NCBI GenBank assembly: GCA_964016885.1
Contig: CAXHJY010000234.1
Location: 1-64,000, forward strand
Length of the DNA: 64,000 nucleotides
Direction of reading: 5' to 3'
Origin: Eledone cirrhosa
Lineage: Eukaryota
Position 1 is the first letter of the stretch. Each line of letters begins with the position of its first letter. Of the stretch, positions 1-24,075 are shown piece by piece. The position numbers and the translations under genes are program-made. A model generated the notes under the pieces. That model ran no database searches. It was not told the origin of the DNA and saw only the letters and a program-made list of their open reading frames with translations.

Positions 1-3816
<3,816 letters not shown>

Positions 3817-4420
3817 TCAGGTCACCAGTTGGTGCTACTGGTAACATGTATCCAGTACAACCTGTCCCATGGTCGGGTCGTTGGCGACTAAACTGGCAAC
3901 CCCACCAAGGTTTCTTGGTGAGGAGGGTGACTTTGGACATCCTGCAGGACTAAAAACAAGACCTGTCAAAGGGCAAAGGAGCTCTTAAGAGTCAATGGCC
4001 ATCCAAAATCACCGGGAGAGATGACCCCTTAGCCTTTGTCAAGCAGAATTCTAGGAGAAGGAAAACTCTGATATAACACCTGCAACTCTGATGGTATCCA
4101 ATGATGTTGACTTGTTCTTCTTTTTGGTAAATATCATCTTGGTTAAGAGAGTGGGACTGGCTTTGTGCAGTGCCTTTGCTCACTATAAAGCTTCACGGCA
4201 CAGGCATTGCTTTATATCTGGAGATCTCTCTGCACTTGTCGTCACAGGGTACCATGGCCCCAGCACTATGTGTCAATATTTGTCACAAGTGTAGTGTTTG
4301 TACCAGAGTTTTCAAGTCGCTGGCTGGACTAAGAGGTCACACTCGTTCACTGCATCGGTAGGGTTCTCCTATATGGATATAAAGTAGTGGCCGTACTCGA
4401 AAACGAGTTGGCAGCCACCA
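3817..4420 (+). mobile_element. Short internally deleted RTE-family non-autonomous element (5' UTR-like part joined to C-terminal C2H2 finger and 3' tail)
   Basis: 5' part carries RTE 5'-UTR-like motifs (gtcgttggcgactaa; ctaggagaaggaaaactctga). 3' part encodes [22 protein letters not shown]-stop, like the last finger of the RTE at 42085-42200. It ends gtggccgtactcgaaaacgagttggcagccacca, homologous to the reverse complement of 41793-41830. Confidence 0.75.
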
Positions 4421-9720
<5,300 letters not shown>

Positions 9721-9780
9721 CAAGGGCGGTGCCCCAGCATGGCCTCAGCCGGATGGCTGAAACAGGTAAAAGAGTAAAAT
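9721..9780 (+). mobile_element. Isolated 3' end of a SINE/retroposon inside microsatellite
   Basis: ggcggtgccccagcatggcctcagccggatggctgaaacaggtaaaagagtaaaa resembles the SINE tail at about 38280-38330 (ggccctggatggccgcaatctaatgactgaaaccattaaaaaag). Confidence 0.55.
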
Positions 9781-12339
<2,559 letters not shown>

Positions 12340-15085
12340 TATGTATAGTTGTATATATATATATGTATAGTTATGTATATATATATATATGTATAGTATG
12401 TATATATATATGTATATGTATAGTATAGTTGTATATATGATATATATATGTATAGTTTGTATATGTTATATATATGTATAGTGTATATATATATATATGT
12501 ATAGTTGTATATATATAATATGTATAGTGTATATATAGTATATATATTGTATATATATATATATGTATAGTTGTATATATATATGTATAGTTGTATATAT
12601 ATATATATGTATAGTTGTATATATATATATATGTATAGTTGTAATATATATATATATGTATAGTTGTATATATATATATATGTATAGTTGTATATATATA
12701 TATATGTATAGTTGTATATATATATATATGTATAGTTGTATATATATATATATGTATAGTTGTATATATATATATAGTATAGTTGTATATATATATATAT
12801 GTATAGTTGTATATATATATGTATAGTTGTATATATATATATATTGTATAGTTGTATATATATATATATGTATAGTTGTATATATATATATATGTATAGT
12901 TGTATATATATATATGTATAGTTGTATATATATATATATGTATAGTTGTAATATATATATATGTATAGTTGTATATATATATATATGTATAGTTGTATAT
13001 ATATATATATGTATAGTTGTATATATATATATGTATAGTTGTATATATATATATATGTATAGTTGTATATATATATATATATGTATAGTTGTATATATAT
13101 ATATATGTATAGTTGTATATATATATATATGTATAGTTGTATATATATATTATGTATAGTTGTTATATATATATATGTATAGTTGTATATATATATATAT
13201 GTATAGTTGTATATATATATATATGTAATAGTTGTATATATATATATATGTATAGTTGTATATATATATATATGTATAGTTGTATATATATATATATGTA
13301 TAGTTGTATATATATATATATGTATAGTTGTATATATATATATATGTATAGTTGTATATATATATATATGTATAGTTGTATATATATATATATGTATAGT
13401 TGTATATATATATATATGTATAGTTGTATATATATATATGTATAGTTGTATATATAATATATGTATAGTTGTATATAATATATGTATAGTTGTATATATA
13501 TATATATGTATAGTTGTATATATATATATATGTATAGTTGTACTATATATATATATGTATAGTTGTATATATATATATATGTATAGTTGTATATATATAT
13601 ATATGTATAGTTGTATAGTATATATATGTATAGTTGTATATATATATATGTATAGTTGTATATATATATATATGTATAGTTGTATATATATATATATATG
13701 TATAGTTGTATATATATATATATGTATAGTTGTATATATATATATGTATAGTTGTATATATATGTATAGTTGTATATATATGTATTATTTGTATATATAT
13801 GTATAGTTGTATATATATATATGTATATTTGTATATATATATATATGTATATTTGTATAATATATATATATGTATAGTTTGTATATATATATATATGTAT
13901 AGTTGTATATATATATATATGTATAGTTGTATATATATATATATGTATATTTGTATATATATATATATGTATATTTGTATATATATATATATGTATATTT
14001 GTATATATATATATGTATATTTGTATATATATATATGTATATTTTGTATATATATATATATGTATATTTGTATATATATATGTATATTTGTAATATATAT
14101 ATGTATATTGTATATATATATATATGTATATTTGTATATATATATATATATGTATATTTGTATATATATATATGTATATTTGTATATATATATATGTATA
14201 TTTGTATATATGTATATATGTATATTTGTATATATGTATATTGTATATATATATATATTATGTATATTTGTATATATATTTGTATTGTAATATATATATA
14301 TGTATATCTTGTATATATATATATATATGTATATTTGTATATATATATATATGTATATTTTGTATATATATATATATGTATATTCTGTATATATATATAT
14401 ATATGTCTATTGTATATATATATATATATGTATATTTGTATATTTGTTAATATCTATATATGTATATTTGTATATATATATAATATATAGTATATTTGAT
14501 ATATATATATATATGTATATTTGTATATATATATATATGTATATTTGTATATATATATATTTGTATATATATATATATGTATATTTGACTATATATATAA
14601 GTATAATTGTAATATATGTATAATATTGTATAATATAGTATATTTGTATATATATATATAATGTATATTTGTATATATGTATATTTATATATATGTATAT
14701 TTTGTATATATATATGTATATTTGTATATATATATATGTATATTTGTGTATATATATATATTGTAATATTTGTGTGTATATATATGTATATTTGTGTATA
14801 TAATGTATATTGTGTATATTTGTGTATATATATATATGTATATTTGTGTATATATATATATGTATATTTGTGTATATATATATATGTATATTTGTGTATA
14901 TATATCTATATGTATATTTGTGCTGTATATATATATATATGTATATTTGTGTATATATATATATATGTTATTTGTGTATATATATATGTATAGTTGTGTA
15001 TATATACATATGTATAGTTGTTTATATACATATGTATAGTTGTTTATATACATATGTATAGTTGTTTATATATATATATATATGT
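12340..15085. repeat. About 20-24 bp minisatellite derived from TA microsatellite
   Basis: Unit (ta)n-tgtatagttg, switching to (ta)n-tgtatatttg near 13800-13950 and to tgtatatttgtg near 14740. Confidence 0.92.
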
Positions 15086-15868
15086 ATCATCATCATCATC
15101 ATTGCTTAACGTCCATGTTCCACGCTTGCATGGGTTTGGACGGGAGTTTTCCCACTTGAGGCATGAGTGGTTGTCTTGCTTGCATAGGACTGTCTGGTGG
15201 GTTTTCTACAGCTGGATGCCCTTCCTAACACCAACCACATTTACAGTGTGGAACTGGGAGGTTTTTACCGTGTTACCTACACGGCCACATTACAGCGTGG
15301 ACTGTGCGTTTTTTGTCGTGACACCTACACGACCTCATTTGTTTCGGGCTGGATGTTGTGGTTCCAACATAACTTTACATTGAAAGAGGTGGTGTGGATG
15401 GGGTGGGGGTGGTGTGACGGGGCGTATTTTGTTAGAGATGCCTACTGACTGTAGTAGGTTTCACTTTGTACTTAGGTAAGGCGGGTCTTCTCTATTACTG
15501 TGTAGCGCCAAAGATCTCGGTCCAGTGACATTGTCTTGGGGAGGTGTAAGTGTGTGAGGTCGGAATTTATCAGGTCGTCCCAAGTTTTTCTGGGTCTGCC
15601 TACTCCGTGGCTACCGTCTATTTTTATTGCCCTGCACTTTTTTTATACAGCTGTCGTCTTTCATGCACATCAAGTGACCATACCAACGTAGTCTTCTCTC
15701 GAGTAAACATCTGATCCCTCTTATTTCTAATTTTTCCCTTAGTTCGTTTATGCTTTGCCGTTCACGTATATTACTATTACACATCCAGCAGAGCATGCAA
15801 GCTTCATTCCTCTCCAGTCTGCGTATATCCTCTGCACAGGTCTCACTGCCATGTAACATTGCTCTTTG
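15086..15868 (-). mobile_element. 5'-truncated RTE LINE copy (family A, same as 38848-41436)
   Basis: Minus-strand AMLHGSET...EDIRRLERNEACML...RRLRWYGH is nearly identical to the C-terminus of ORF 40419-41048; full 3' UTR and (GAT)n tail at 15086-15102. Confidence 0.92.
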
Positions 15869-16009
15869 TATATATGTATTTATACATATTTGTATATATA
15901 TATATATATGCATATATGTATGTATATATATATGTATATTTGTATATATATATATATATTCGCTTAAACTTTAATATGTTATTTTAATATATATATATAA
16001 TTATATATT

Positions 16010-16281
16010 CAACATCCGGCCCTCAATAAATGAGGTCGTGTAAGTGTCACGACAAAAAAAAAACACAGTCCATGCTGTAATGTGCCCGTGTAGGTAACGG
16101 TAAAAACCTCCCAGTCCACTCTTTAAACGTGGTTGGTATTAGGAAGGGCATCCAGCTGTAGAAAACCTGCCAGACAGTCCTATACGAGCGAGATGACGAA
16201 TATTGCCTCAAGTGGGACAATTCCAGTCTAAACCCATGCTGGCATGGAAGATAGACGTTAAACGATGATGATGATGATGAC
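16010..16281 (+). mobile_element. RTE family A 3'-UTR fragment with (GAT)n tail
   Basis: Matches 41170-41436 (ggttggtattaggaagggcatccagctgtagaaaacc...aacccatgctggcatggaa...gatgatgatga). Confidence 0.85.
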
Positions 16282-16605
16282 CGTTTAACGTCTATTTTTC
16301 ACACATGCATGGGTTAGGCGGTCAGATGGTTGCATCTCACTCATACGTTCCAATCTGGCATGGTTTTGTATGACAGGCTGCCCTTCTTAATGCCAACCAT
16401 TTAAGTGTGTACTGTATGTATTCTATTGCAGCACCAGCACTACGACTTTAGAAAATAGGCTAGGTGCTTTTTATTGTGACAACAATACCACTTTGTAATG
16501 TGGTCTGGATGCATTTTGTTATTGCACCAGCACTACCACTTTACAAAGAGGGCTGTAGTGTATTTTATTGTAGCAGCAGTGCTACCATTTTAGTACACTG
16601 AGTAA
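16282..16605 (-). mobile_element. Diverged RTE-A 3'-end derivative, tail-to-tail with the previous copy
   Basis: cgtttaacgtctatttttc...catgggtt...gcccttcttaatgccaacca followed by degenerate ~48-bp units. Confidence 0.65.
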
Positions 16606-16842
16606 TGCATTCGGTCAGACTAGGAAAGAGATTGATGAGAGTGGTGTGTACGGGATGAGCGCAGGAGATGTACCTTATTCACAATAACTCCTCTTAAATA
16701 TATTGGTCACTACATTATCTTGTATGTCCTTTTTTTTTTGTAAGATGGTTGGATGGGATTTGAGGTCATTTTCTAAATAATTTTGAAAATAACGAAGAAT
16801 TTGGACTACTATAACTAACTTTCTCATTATTAAGTTGGTGCA

Positions 16843-17050
16843 AGGGCAGTGGATTGGTAGTATCAGTAGAGTGTTGGACAACATGCTTTGTGGCATATAG
16901 TTACATCCCTTTCCATTTTGAGTTTAAATTCTGCCGAAGTTGGCTTTGTCTTTCATTTTTACGAGGTTGATAAAATAAAGTACAAGTAATCGGAGTCAGT
17001 GTTTGTCCCCACCCCTAAAAAAATTGTTGGCCTTGTGCTTAAATCAGAAA
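16843..17050 (+). mobile_element. tRNA-derived SINE (family with gcctttcatcc...gataaaataaagtaccag core)
   Basis: Homologous to copies at 22553, 27800-28322, 28833 and 63571. Confidence 0.75.
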
Positions 17051-18211
17051 TCATTAAGTTGGGGTTTGAAACATAACTTAAAGCTTCTTACATAAAATTA
17101 TGATGGAAGGTTTTTAGATAAATATATTCACTTTAAAATAAACAGCTTAATATTGTAGAATTAGGGGCAGTTACAGGCAATTTAGCATTTAAAGGGCCTG
17201 CCTTGTCACACACAGTCTTCTGAATCCCTCTGAGAATTACGGTAAGGGTGCATGTATTAGGAATGTTCAACCACTTCTTTAATTTCATGGACATGCTGAT
17301 CCATTCATTGAACAATTGGAACACTCATCATTGAAACTGATGGAGATCCATTCATTATTACCTTAGAGTTTATTCCTCAACCAACCATTAGATATTAATA
17401 CCAGAATGCATTATAAGGCCTTACATAGGGTTAGAAGAGCGTCTGAGAAATAACTCTTGTGACACTAAACTGCCTGAAACCACCTCTGGTTTTATGATAC
17501 AAAACTTTTTATTTTAAAGTGGTTCATCATATTTTAAAGTGTTTCATCAAACTTTCACCATAGTTTTATATAAGGACCTTTGTTATGTTCCAAGTACCAG
17601 CTTAATCAGAAAGTTACATTACTAAATCCCTCCAAATTCTAAATTATTTTCAAATTATATTTGAAAATCAGTACTTTTCATTAGAAATACAGTAAGGAAA
17701 GGTTAAAAATATAAATGAAATTATAGACACATAGGATCATTTAATCCTAGGTACACTATGCTGGAATGTCCTTGAATATAGGTTGACTCAATCAAGACAG
17801 ACTTAGTCCTAAAGAACATGGTAGCTCCACAGGTTGCTTTTAGAAGTGTTAAATATTTCAGCTATTAGCTGTGTACAGTAGTCACCTGAGCACTTGTGTT
17901 AGGCTATATATGTGTCAGTAGTAGTCGTAACTACACCGTATTGTGAGAGTTTTCTTTAGAGCTAACAGTGTCACCCATTGCTCCATATTCCCCAATAGCT
18001 TGCAGCCGTTTAGTCCAGGGGTTGTTTATTCGTCTGGCAGGTGCTCATATCACAAGAATCCATCATATCTGGTGGCTGTATTGCTATCCACCACCTGCGA
18101 CATGTTCTCTAGAACAACTCTACCTAAAATAGTAGTAGTCATAATGTAAAATTTGTATGTTTTATAATATGCATGATTTTGTTTTATATTTGATTTCTTG
18201 AATACTTATTG

Positions 18212-18384
18212 CAGACCTGCCAATCTCTAAAAACTCAAACGGGGAGTACCATGAAAAAAAGGTCCCCAAAATGGGGAGATTTTACATGATAACGGTATAC
18301 CCATTTCCACAAGAGAAGACACCTCTCACCCACCCAAAGTGGGTAGGAGATCTCCCTGTCCAATGGGGGAGAGTTGATAGGTCT
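18212..18384. mobile_element. Short MITE with CAGACCT terminal inverted repeats (hAT-like)
   Basis: cagacctgccaatctc ... gagagttgataggtctg termini. Confidence 0.5.
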
Positions 18385-18664
18385 GTTATTGCTCGAGTTC
18401 ACAATCGAAAGCCATTCATCATCTGAAATGTTTGTAAACTGAAACTATTTTTCCCATACAAACTGTTGAGAAAGACTGAGAGCGAGAATGTGTGTGAAAG
18501 ACAGATAGATATCACCAGAGTAACTAACTACACAGCAAGTAACACTTTCCTGACAATACTCCCAGCTTGTCGCTAACTGATGTTGCCAGCTTGAGACACC
18601 ATCATCCGAGTTGTTTTATGTTCGGAAAAATTGTTCGTGAACCGAGGTTCTACTGTGTGTGTAC

Positions 18665-18759
18665 AGGATGTCCCCCCAAAATGTATTCACAATTACCTGT
18701 ACAGGCAATAATTAATAGAATGTTGTTGAGGTGTGTATATATTTTTGGGGGACACCCTG
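18665..18759. mobile_element. Tc1/mariner-type mini-MITE
   Basis: ta|caggatgtccccccaaaa ... tttttgggggacaccctg inverted termini, TA on the left flank. Confidence 0.6.
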
Positions 18760-18769
18760 CATGTATATG

Positions 18770-19085
18770 TAGGCCCTCTTCAGTCATGAATGATCATGAC
18801 CTCTGAGGTGCAACCCTGGACAAGATGTGTTTGTGGAAGACCAGCAGTCGCCCATGCATATTAGTCTCCGCTCTCCATGCCATCAATGCCTTTCCAAGGG
18901 AAAGGCAATGGCTGATACAGCTTGGCACCAGTGATGTCACAACTCATTTTGACAGCTGAGTGAACTGGAACAGCATGAAATAAAGTTTCTTGCTCAAGAA
19001 AATAATGCATCGCCAGTCCTTGAATCGAAGGCGTATCCTTACGATTGTGAACTCAACACTCAAACCACTAAGCCACGCGCCTTCT
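18770..19085 (-). mobile_element. tRNA-headed SINE
   Basis: Reverse complement begins gaaggcgcgtggcttagtggtt (A box) ... ttcgattc (B box); related head at about 34965-35085. Confidence 0.65.
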
Positions 19086-19097
19086 CAAATATGTATA

Positions 19098-19520
19098 TTG
19101 GACTTTCGTATTTCAGAAGAAATAAGGTATGTTTAGAATAAACATTTAGAGAGCATAGCTATGCCAAAACACCGACTAACGCCGTCTGGCGGTGTCCAGC
19201 TGAAGCAAGGGGGACAATCGTGGATGCACATTTGGAACTCAACAGGTTCTCATCAGCCCGATCCCTCCCACTCTTGCAATTACTGGACTTTGAAAACAGG
19301 TGAGAATAAATGGTTTTCTTCTCTGTAAATGAGGTGATTAATCTCATTTGCATATGAAACTGTATAAGTTGGCTCAACTTATAATAGAATAGAACTACAA
19401 TTTAGCTTCAGGCATAGCTGTATACAGATGGCATTAGTCGCTAGTGTTTTGGCATAGCTACGGCTCTCTAAATGTATATTTTAAACATTCCGTATTTCTT
19501 CAGAAATACGAAATTCCAAT
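19098..19520. mobile_element. MITE with ~110-bp terminal inverted repeats
   Basis: ttggactttcgtatttcagaagaaata...atagctatgccaaaacac...gctgaagc versus gcttcag...gtgttttggcatagcta...tatttcttcagaaatacgaaattccaa. Confidence 0.8.
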
Positions 19521-19527
19521 GCATATC

Positions 19528-19559
<32 letters not shown>

Positions 19560-19565
<6 letters not shown>

Positions 19566-19803
19566 TACGACAAAAAGCACCCAGCCCACACTGTAAAGTG
19601 GTTGTGTAGGTGTCATGATAAAAAGCATCCAGTTCACTCTGTAAATGTGGTTGGCATTAGGAAGGGCATCTAGCTATACAAATCAAGCTAAAATCAGTCT
19701 AGTATGATCAAGACACGGTCATTTGATCTGGCTTGTCTCACAATGGGACTCGTTTAACCCATGCTAGCATGGAAAAAAATGGACGTTAAATGAGGATGAT
19801 GAT
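19560..19803 (+). mobile_element. RTE-A 3'-end derivative
   Basis: Two ~48-bp units, then ggttggcattaggaagggcatc, aacccatgctagcatgga and a gatgatgat tail. Confidence 0.75.
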
Positions 19804-21234
19804 ATAATATATATATATATATATATGAATATGAAAACAAACGTGCTGCGTGGTTGCAAATGGGTTACATATGAATAAAGTTAGTCCTTCATCAGTGATC
19901 TTCCAACCTTCATTGGTATTTCATCGCTTTAAAGACCATATACCTCCGGTTGGTGCGAGCAACGGCTAAAGAAAGTCGTTGGGACACGTAAATAAGGGGA
20001 ACGAGCGAGACTGTAAACAAACAAAGATGGTAATGCAACGAAAAGTGAGGAAGAAAGCGTCAAGTCCCAGATTTCCATGAATATAAGTTCGGTGAAATCA
20101 TGAACGAGAGAGAATAAAGACCATCAAACCTAGTCGAAATGTGAGCAAGGAAGGAATTCCGCACATATATATATATATATGAATGCATATGTATATATGA
20201 ATGTATATAGCACAAATTGGCACAGTATTTGTTCCAGTTCCCGTGTTTAAATCTCTCTGAGGTCAACTTTGCTTTTCATTCTCCAGAGGTCAATATATAA
20301 AATACCAGTCTTGTACTAGGCTTGGTACTTCCTCTATATCTTTCTCTGGAATAAATCAGTTGTGTTCAGGCCTGGAGAGGGATGGGCTCCACCAGGTTTA
20401 AATACCCAAGACATGTTGTACATCATTATAATGTCTCTAACTCATTCAAGAATGTATATAATATATGTATGTATATATAAATATCTATTTGTTGCTAAGA
20501 AGTTTTAGAAATTAAACTATTGCAGTGAAAATTTTACAAGTATAGTGTATTCCTGAAGCAGGTGTTCTAGGAGAAAGTAATCTTCTTATAAACTGGAATA
20601 TATTGTATAAATAATACAAATCTGAAGCTTGTAAGGATATATAGCAACAGTTGTCTGAGTTAACAGGTTTTATACTGTTAAACTGAGCTATGCTACCATC
20701 ATCATGATGATTGTACCAGACTGACGTAAGTTGGGCTGATTTGTAAAACTTCCATTATTTCAGGTGTTCCAATTCTTCTCATTTTATGTGAGACATAGTT
20801 TTCCACGATATAATCTTACCAATTTATTATTTCAAGTCTTTTTTTTTTATTCTTTGGTCTGTCTTTATTATACAATCTACCACCAACTGTTATTACAGAA
20901 CTTCACTTCATTCATCCAAAAGCATCACCACTATATATTTTGCTATGAACTTCCACATTGCACATAACAATAATACAGTAGGAGTTGCTGTTGCAGTATT
21001 TTTATACACTCGAGTACATTTAAAAGCAACAACAAAACATACAAATACTTCTACCTAAGTACCATAGTATCCAGTACACATTAGAGAGAGAGAGAAAATG
21101 GATCAAAATAATTATGTTGACTATGAATTAGTCATTTTCATAGCAAGTGAAATGTAAGAGCTAACAAACTGTTTTGCTAGGACTTACTGAGTATTTTAGT
21201 TACACAGAACAGTGATTGCGTACTGCTTTTATCA

Positions 21235-21945
21235 TGTAGGTGTCACAACAAAAATCACCCAGTCCACACTCTAAAGTGGTCGTGTAGGTGTCACAACAAA
21301 AATCACCCAGTCCACACTCTAAAGTGGTTGTGTCGGCGTCACAACAAAAAGCACCGTCCACACTGTGAAGTGGTTGTGTAGGCGTCGTGTCAAAAAGCAC
21401 CCTGTCCACACTATAAAGTGGTCGTGTAGGTGTCACAACAAAAAGAACCCTGTCCACACTATAAAGTGGTCGTGTAGGTGTCACAACAAAAAGAACCCTG
21501 TCCACACTATAAAGTGGTCGCGTAGGTGTCACAACAAAAAGCACCCTGTCCACACTATTAAGTGGTCGTGTAGGTGTCACAACAAAAAGAATCCTGTCCA
21601 CACTATAAAGTGGTCGTGTAGGTGTCACAACAAAAAGAACCCTGTCCACACTATTAAGTGGTCGTGTAGGTGTCACAACAAAAAGAACCCTGTCCACACT
21701 ATTAAGTGGTCGTGTAGGTGTCACAACAAAAAGAACCCTGTCCACACTATAAAGTGGTCGTGTAGGTGTCACGACAAAAAGAATCCTGTCCACACTATAA
21801 AGTGGTCGTGTAGGTGTCACAACAAAAAGAATCCTGTCCACACTATAAAGTGGTCGTGTAGGTGTCACAACAAAAAGAACCCTGTCCACACTATTAAGTG
21901 GTCGTGTAGGTGTCACGACAAAAAGCACCCGGTACACTGTAACTG
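21235..21945 (+). repeat. 48-bp tandem minisatellite (~14-15 units) expanded from the RTE-A 3' UTR
   Basis: Unit tgtcacaacaaaaagaaccctgtccacactataaagtggtcgtgtagg; the 16-aa periodicity of ORFs 21200-21967 and 21365-21958 agrees with 48 bp. Confidence 0.95.
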
Positions 21946-22112
21946 TGGTTGGCGTTAGAAAGGGCATCCAGCTGTAGAAACCAAACCAAAATCAGTTCTG
22001 TAGGAGCAAGACATGGTCACCTGACCTAGCATTGCCCACAACAGGACAATTCGTCTAACCCATGCTAACATGGAAGAATGGATGTAAAATGGTGATGAGG
22101 ATGATGATGATT
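21946..22112 (+). mobile_element. RTE-A-like 3' terminus contiguous with the 48-bp array
   Basis: ggttggcgttagaaagggcatccagctgtagaaacc...aacccatgctaacatggaag...gatgatgatga. Confidence 0.85.
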
Positions 22113-22344
22113 ACATATTTTGCTAGATTCTGCTGAGCATTTTGGTTACGTAGGACAGTGGTTGTCTATGGGTTTTATGTACTAGGTTTTGTTAGCACTT
22201 GCTGAGTATGTCATTTATATGGGACAGTGGTTATGTACTGGTTTTATGTGAAAAACACCAAACTGACACTGGCTGAGAGCAATTTCAGCTTTCTTTTTTG
22301 GGGTGGGGGTCAGGCGGAGAATGTGATGAGAAATCACAACTCAT

Positions 22345-22495
22345 CTGGTATAGTCTACAAGCTTTTCTACAATTTTTGGGATTAACCAGAGGCTTTAGTA
22401 TAAAAAAAGACTTGCCATGGTGCTGTACAGTGGGATCGAACCCCAAATCACATGATTGCAAAGCGAATATCTTAACCACAAGACCATGCATGCTC
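22345..22495 (-). mobile_element. tRNA-derived SINE (second family; relatives at about 33947-34110, 37992-38140, 63845-63975)
   Basis: Reverse complement gcatggtcttgtggttaag...ggttcgatcccactg has Pol III A/B boxes. Confidence 0.65.
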
Positions 22496-22552
22496 AAGAA
22501 CAACTCTTATCAGATAAAGTGGTATTATAATTATAATACCACTTTACCTGAA

Positions 22553-22740
22553 GGCAGTGGATTGCCAGTATCGGTAATGCGCCAGACACCATGCTTTGCA
22601 GCATAGTTACGGCCCTTTACATTCCGAGTTCAAATCCCACTGAGGTTAACTTTGCTTTTCATCCTTACAGGGGTCGACCAATAAAGCACCAGTAATGCGC
22701 TGGGGTTATTGCTGGCCTTGTGCCAAAAGTAGTAACAATT
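22553..22740 (+). mobile_element. tRNA-derived SINE
   Basis: ggcagtggattgccagtatcggta...gagttcaaatccc...ctttcatccttacaggggtcga...gctggccttgtgccaaaagtag. Confidence 0.85.
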
Positions 22741-23589
22741 ATAATTATTATCATCATTGTATATATATTTACAGAACGAAAGCTAGTGATGATGGCCAGA
22801 TTTGTATCATAGAACCAGCCCGGTTTCAGGTGGTTTAGTATCAAAAGGGTTATTAAGGCTTATTAAATTCTCATATATTCTGTAATAATTCTACAGGTGA
22901 CTATAAATTGCTATGAATACTAACAGGATATCAGTAGTTGTTACTAGTCTGGAAAACCCAACAGGTTGTGAACCAATGAAGAATCTTTTATGTACTTGCT
23001 TCACTTACTTTAACCTTGTGACACTAAGCTGCATGAAACCACTCCTGGTTCTATGATACAAAACTTTATTTTAAAGGGTTTATATTTCTCTAAAATCCTT
23101 CCATCATAATTTTATATATGGACCTTTAATAAGTTATGTTCCAAGCATCAGCTTAATAATTAGAAAGTTACATTACTAAATTCCTCCAAATTCTGGATTA
23201 TTTTCAAATTATTTGAAAATGATAGTGTTTTTCATTAGAAATATGGTAATGAAAGGTTATAAAAAGAAATGGAAGTATAGATGCATAGAATACTTTAATC
23301 CTAGACACACTATGCTTGACTGTAAAAATTAATGGCAATGGCTGAACATTTTATGTATGACTGTTGTGTGTTGGTTCTATGTTAGGAATTGCTGAGTATT
23401 TTGTTTACATGGAACAGTGGTGTACTGGTTTCGATATACTACATGTTGTAAGATTATAATTTTTCTGGCTATTACTCTCATCTTCAGCGATGAAAAGAAT
23501 TTTTAATATTTACAGGAAGTCAGGAGGCTGAATTAAGTGTAAAAATTAGTTGGTGTAGTAATGTGCCAGCTTCAGTAATCAGAAGAAGG

Positions 23590-24075
23590 GAGGTAGGTAG
23601 GTGTAAAAGCCAAACTCACTATCTTCAATTCAATATTCTTGCCAACCCTTACCTATGGTCATGAATCTTGGGTAATGACTAAAAGAATACAATCACGAAT
23701 ACAAGTGGCCGAAATGTTGTTCCTCCAAAAGGTCTTTGTTGTTATGTTACTTGATAGTGCATAGCTCGGAGATCAGAGAGTCATTCCAGATAGAGCCACC
23801 ACTCTGAATTGAGAGATTACAGCTCTGATATTATGGGCATGCAGTTAGAATGTCTTAGGAAAGACTTGCTGGACAGATTTTATGGGCAAAAACAACTGGC
23901 AAGAGACCCAGGGATAGATCGAGCAAGATGGTTGGATAACATCCATGAGCTCAGCAGGTCTCACTTGGGGATTCAGCCGGATCAATTGGAGATGGATGCT
24001 TCTGATAGGACCCGCTGAAAGGAATGTATGATGACTCTGCCCTCACCAACCTCCCTAGAATAAATGGAGGAAGAA
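23590..24075 (+). pseudogene. Degenerate RTE (REX3/Expander-like) RT C-terminal fragment
   Basis: Translates KAKLTIFNSIFLPTLTYGHESWVMTKRIQSRIQVAEMLFLQ; later RARWLDNI; frameshifted. Confidence 0.8.

Noticed and set aside
17860-18135. Possible minus-strand host exon after ttttag
   Set aside because: All frames hit stops quickly, no recognisable protein motif and no partner exons.
21235-21945. CRISPR-like regular array and 16-aa repeat ORFs
   Set aside because: Units are contiguous with no unique spacers, there are no cas genes, and the unit derives from an RTE 3' UTR.
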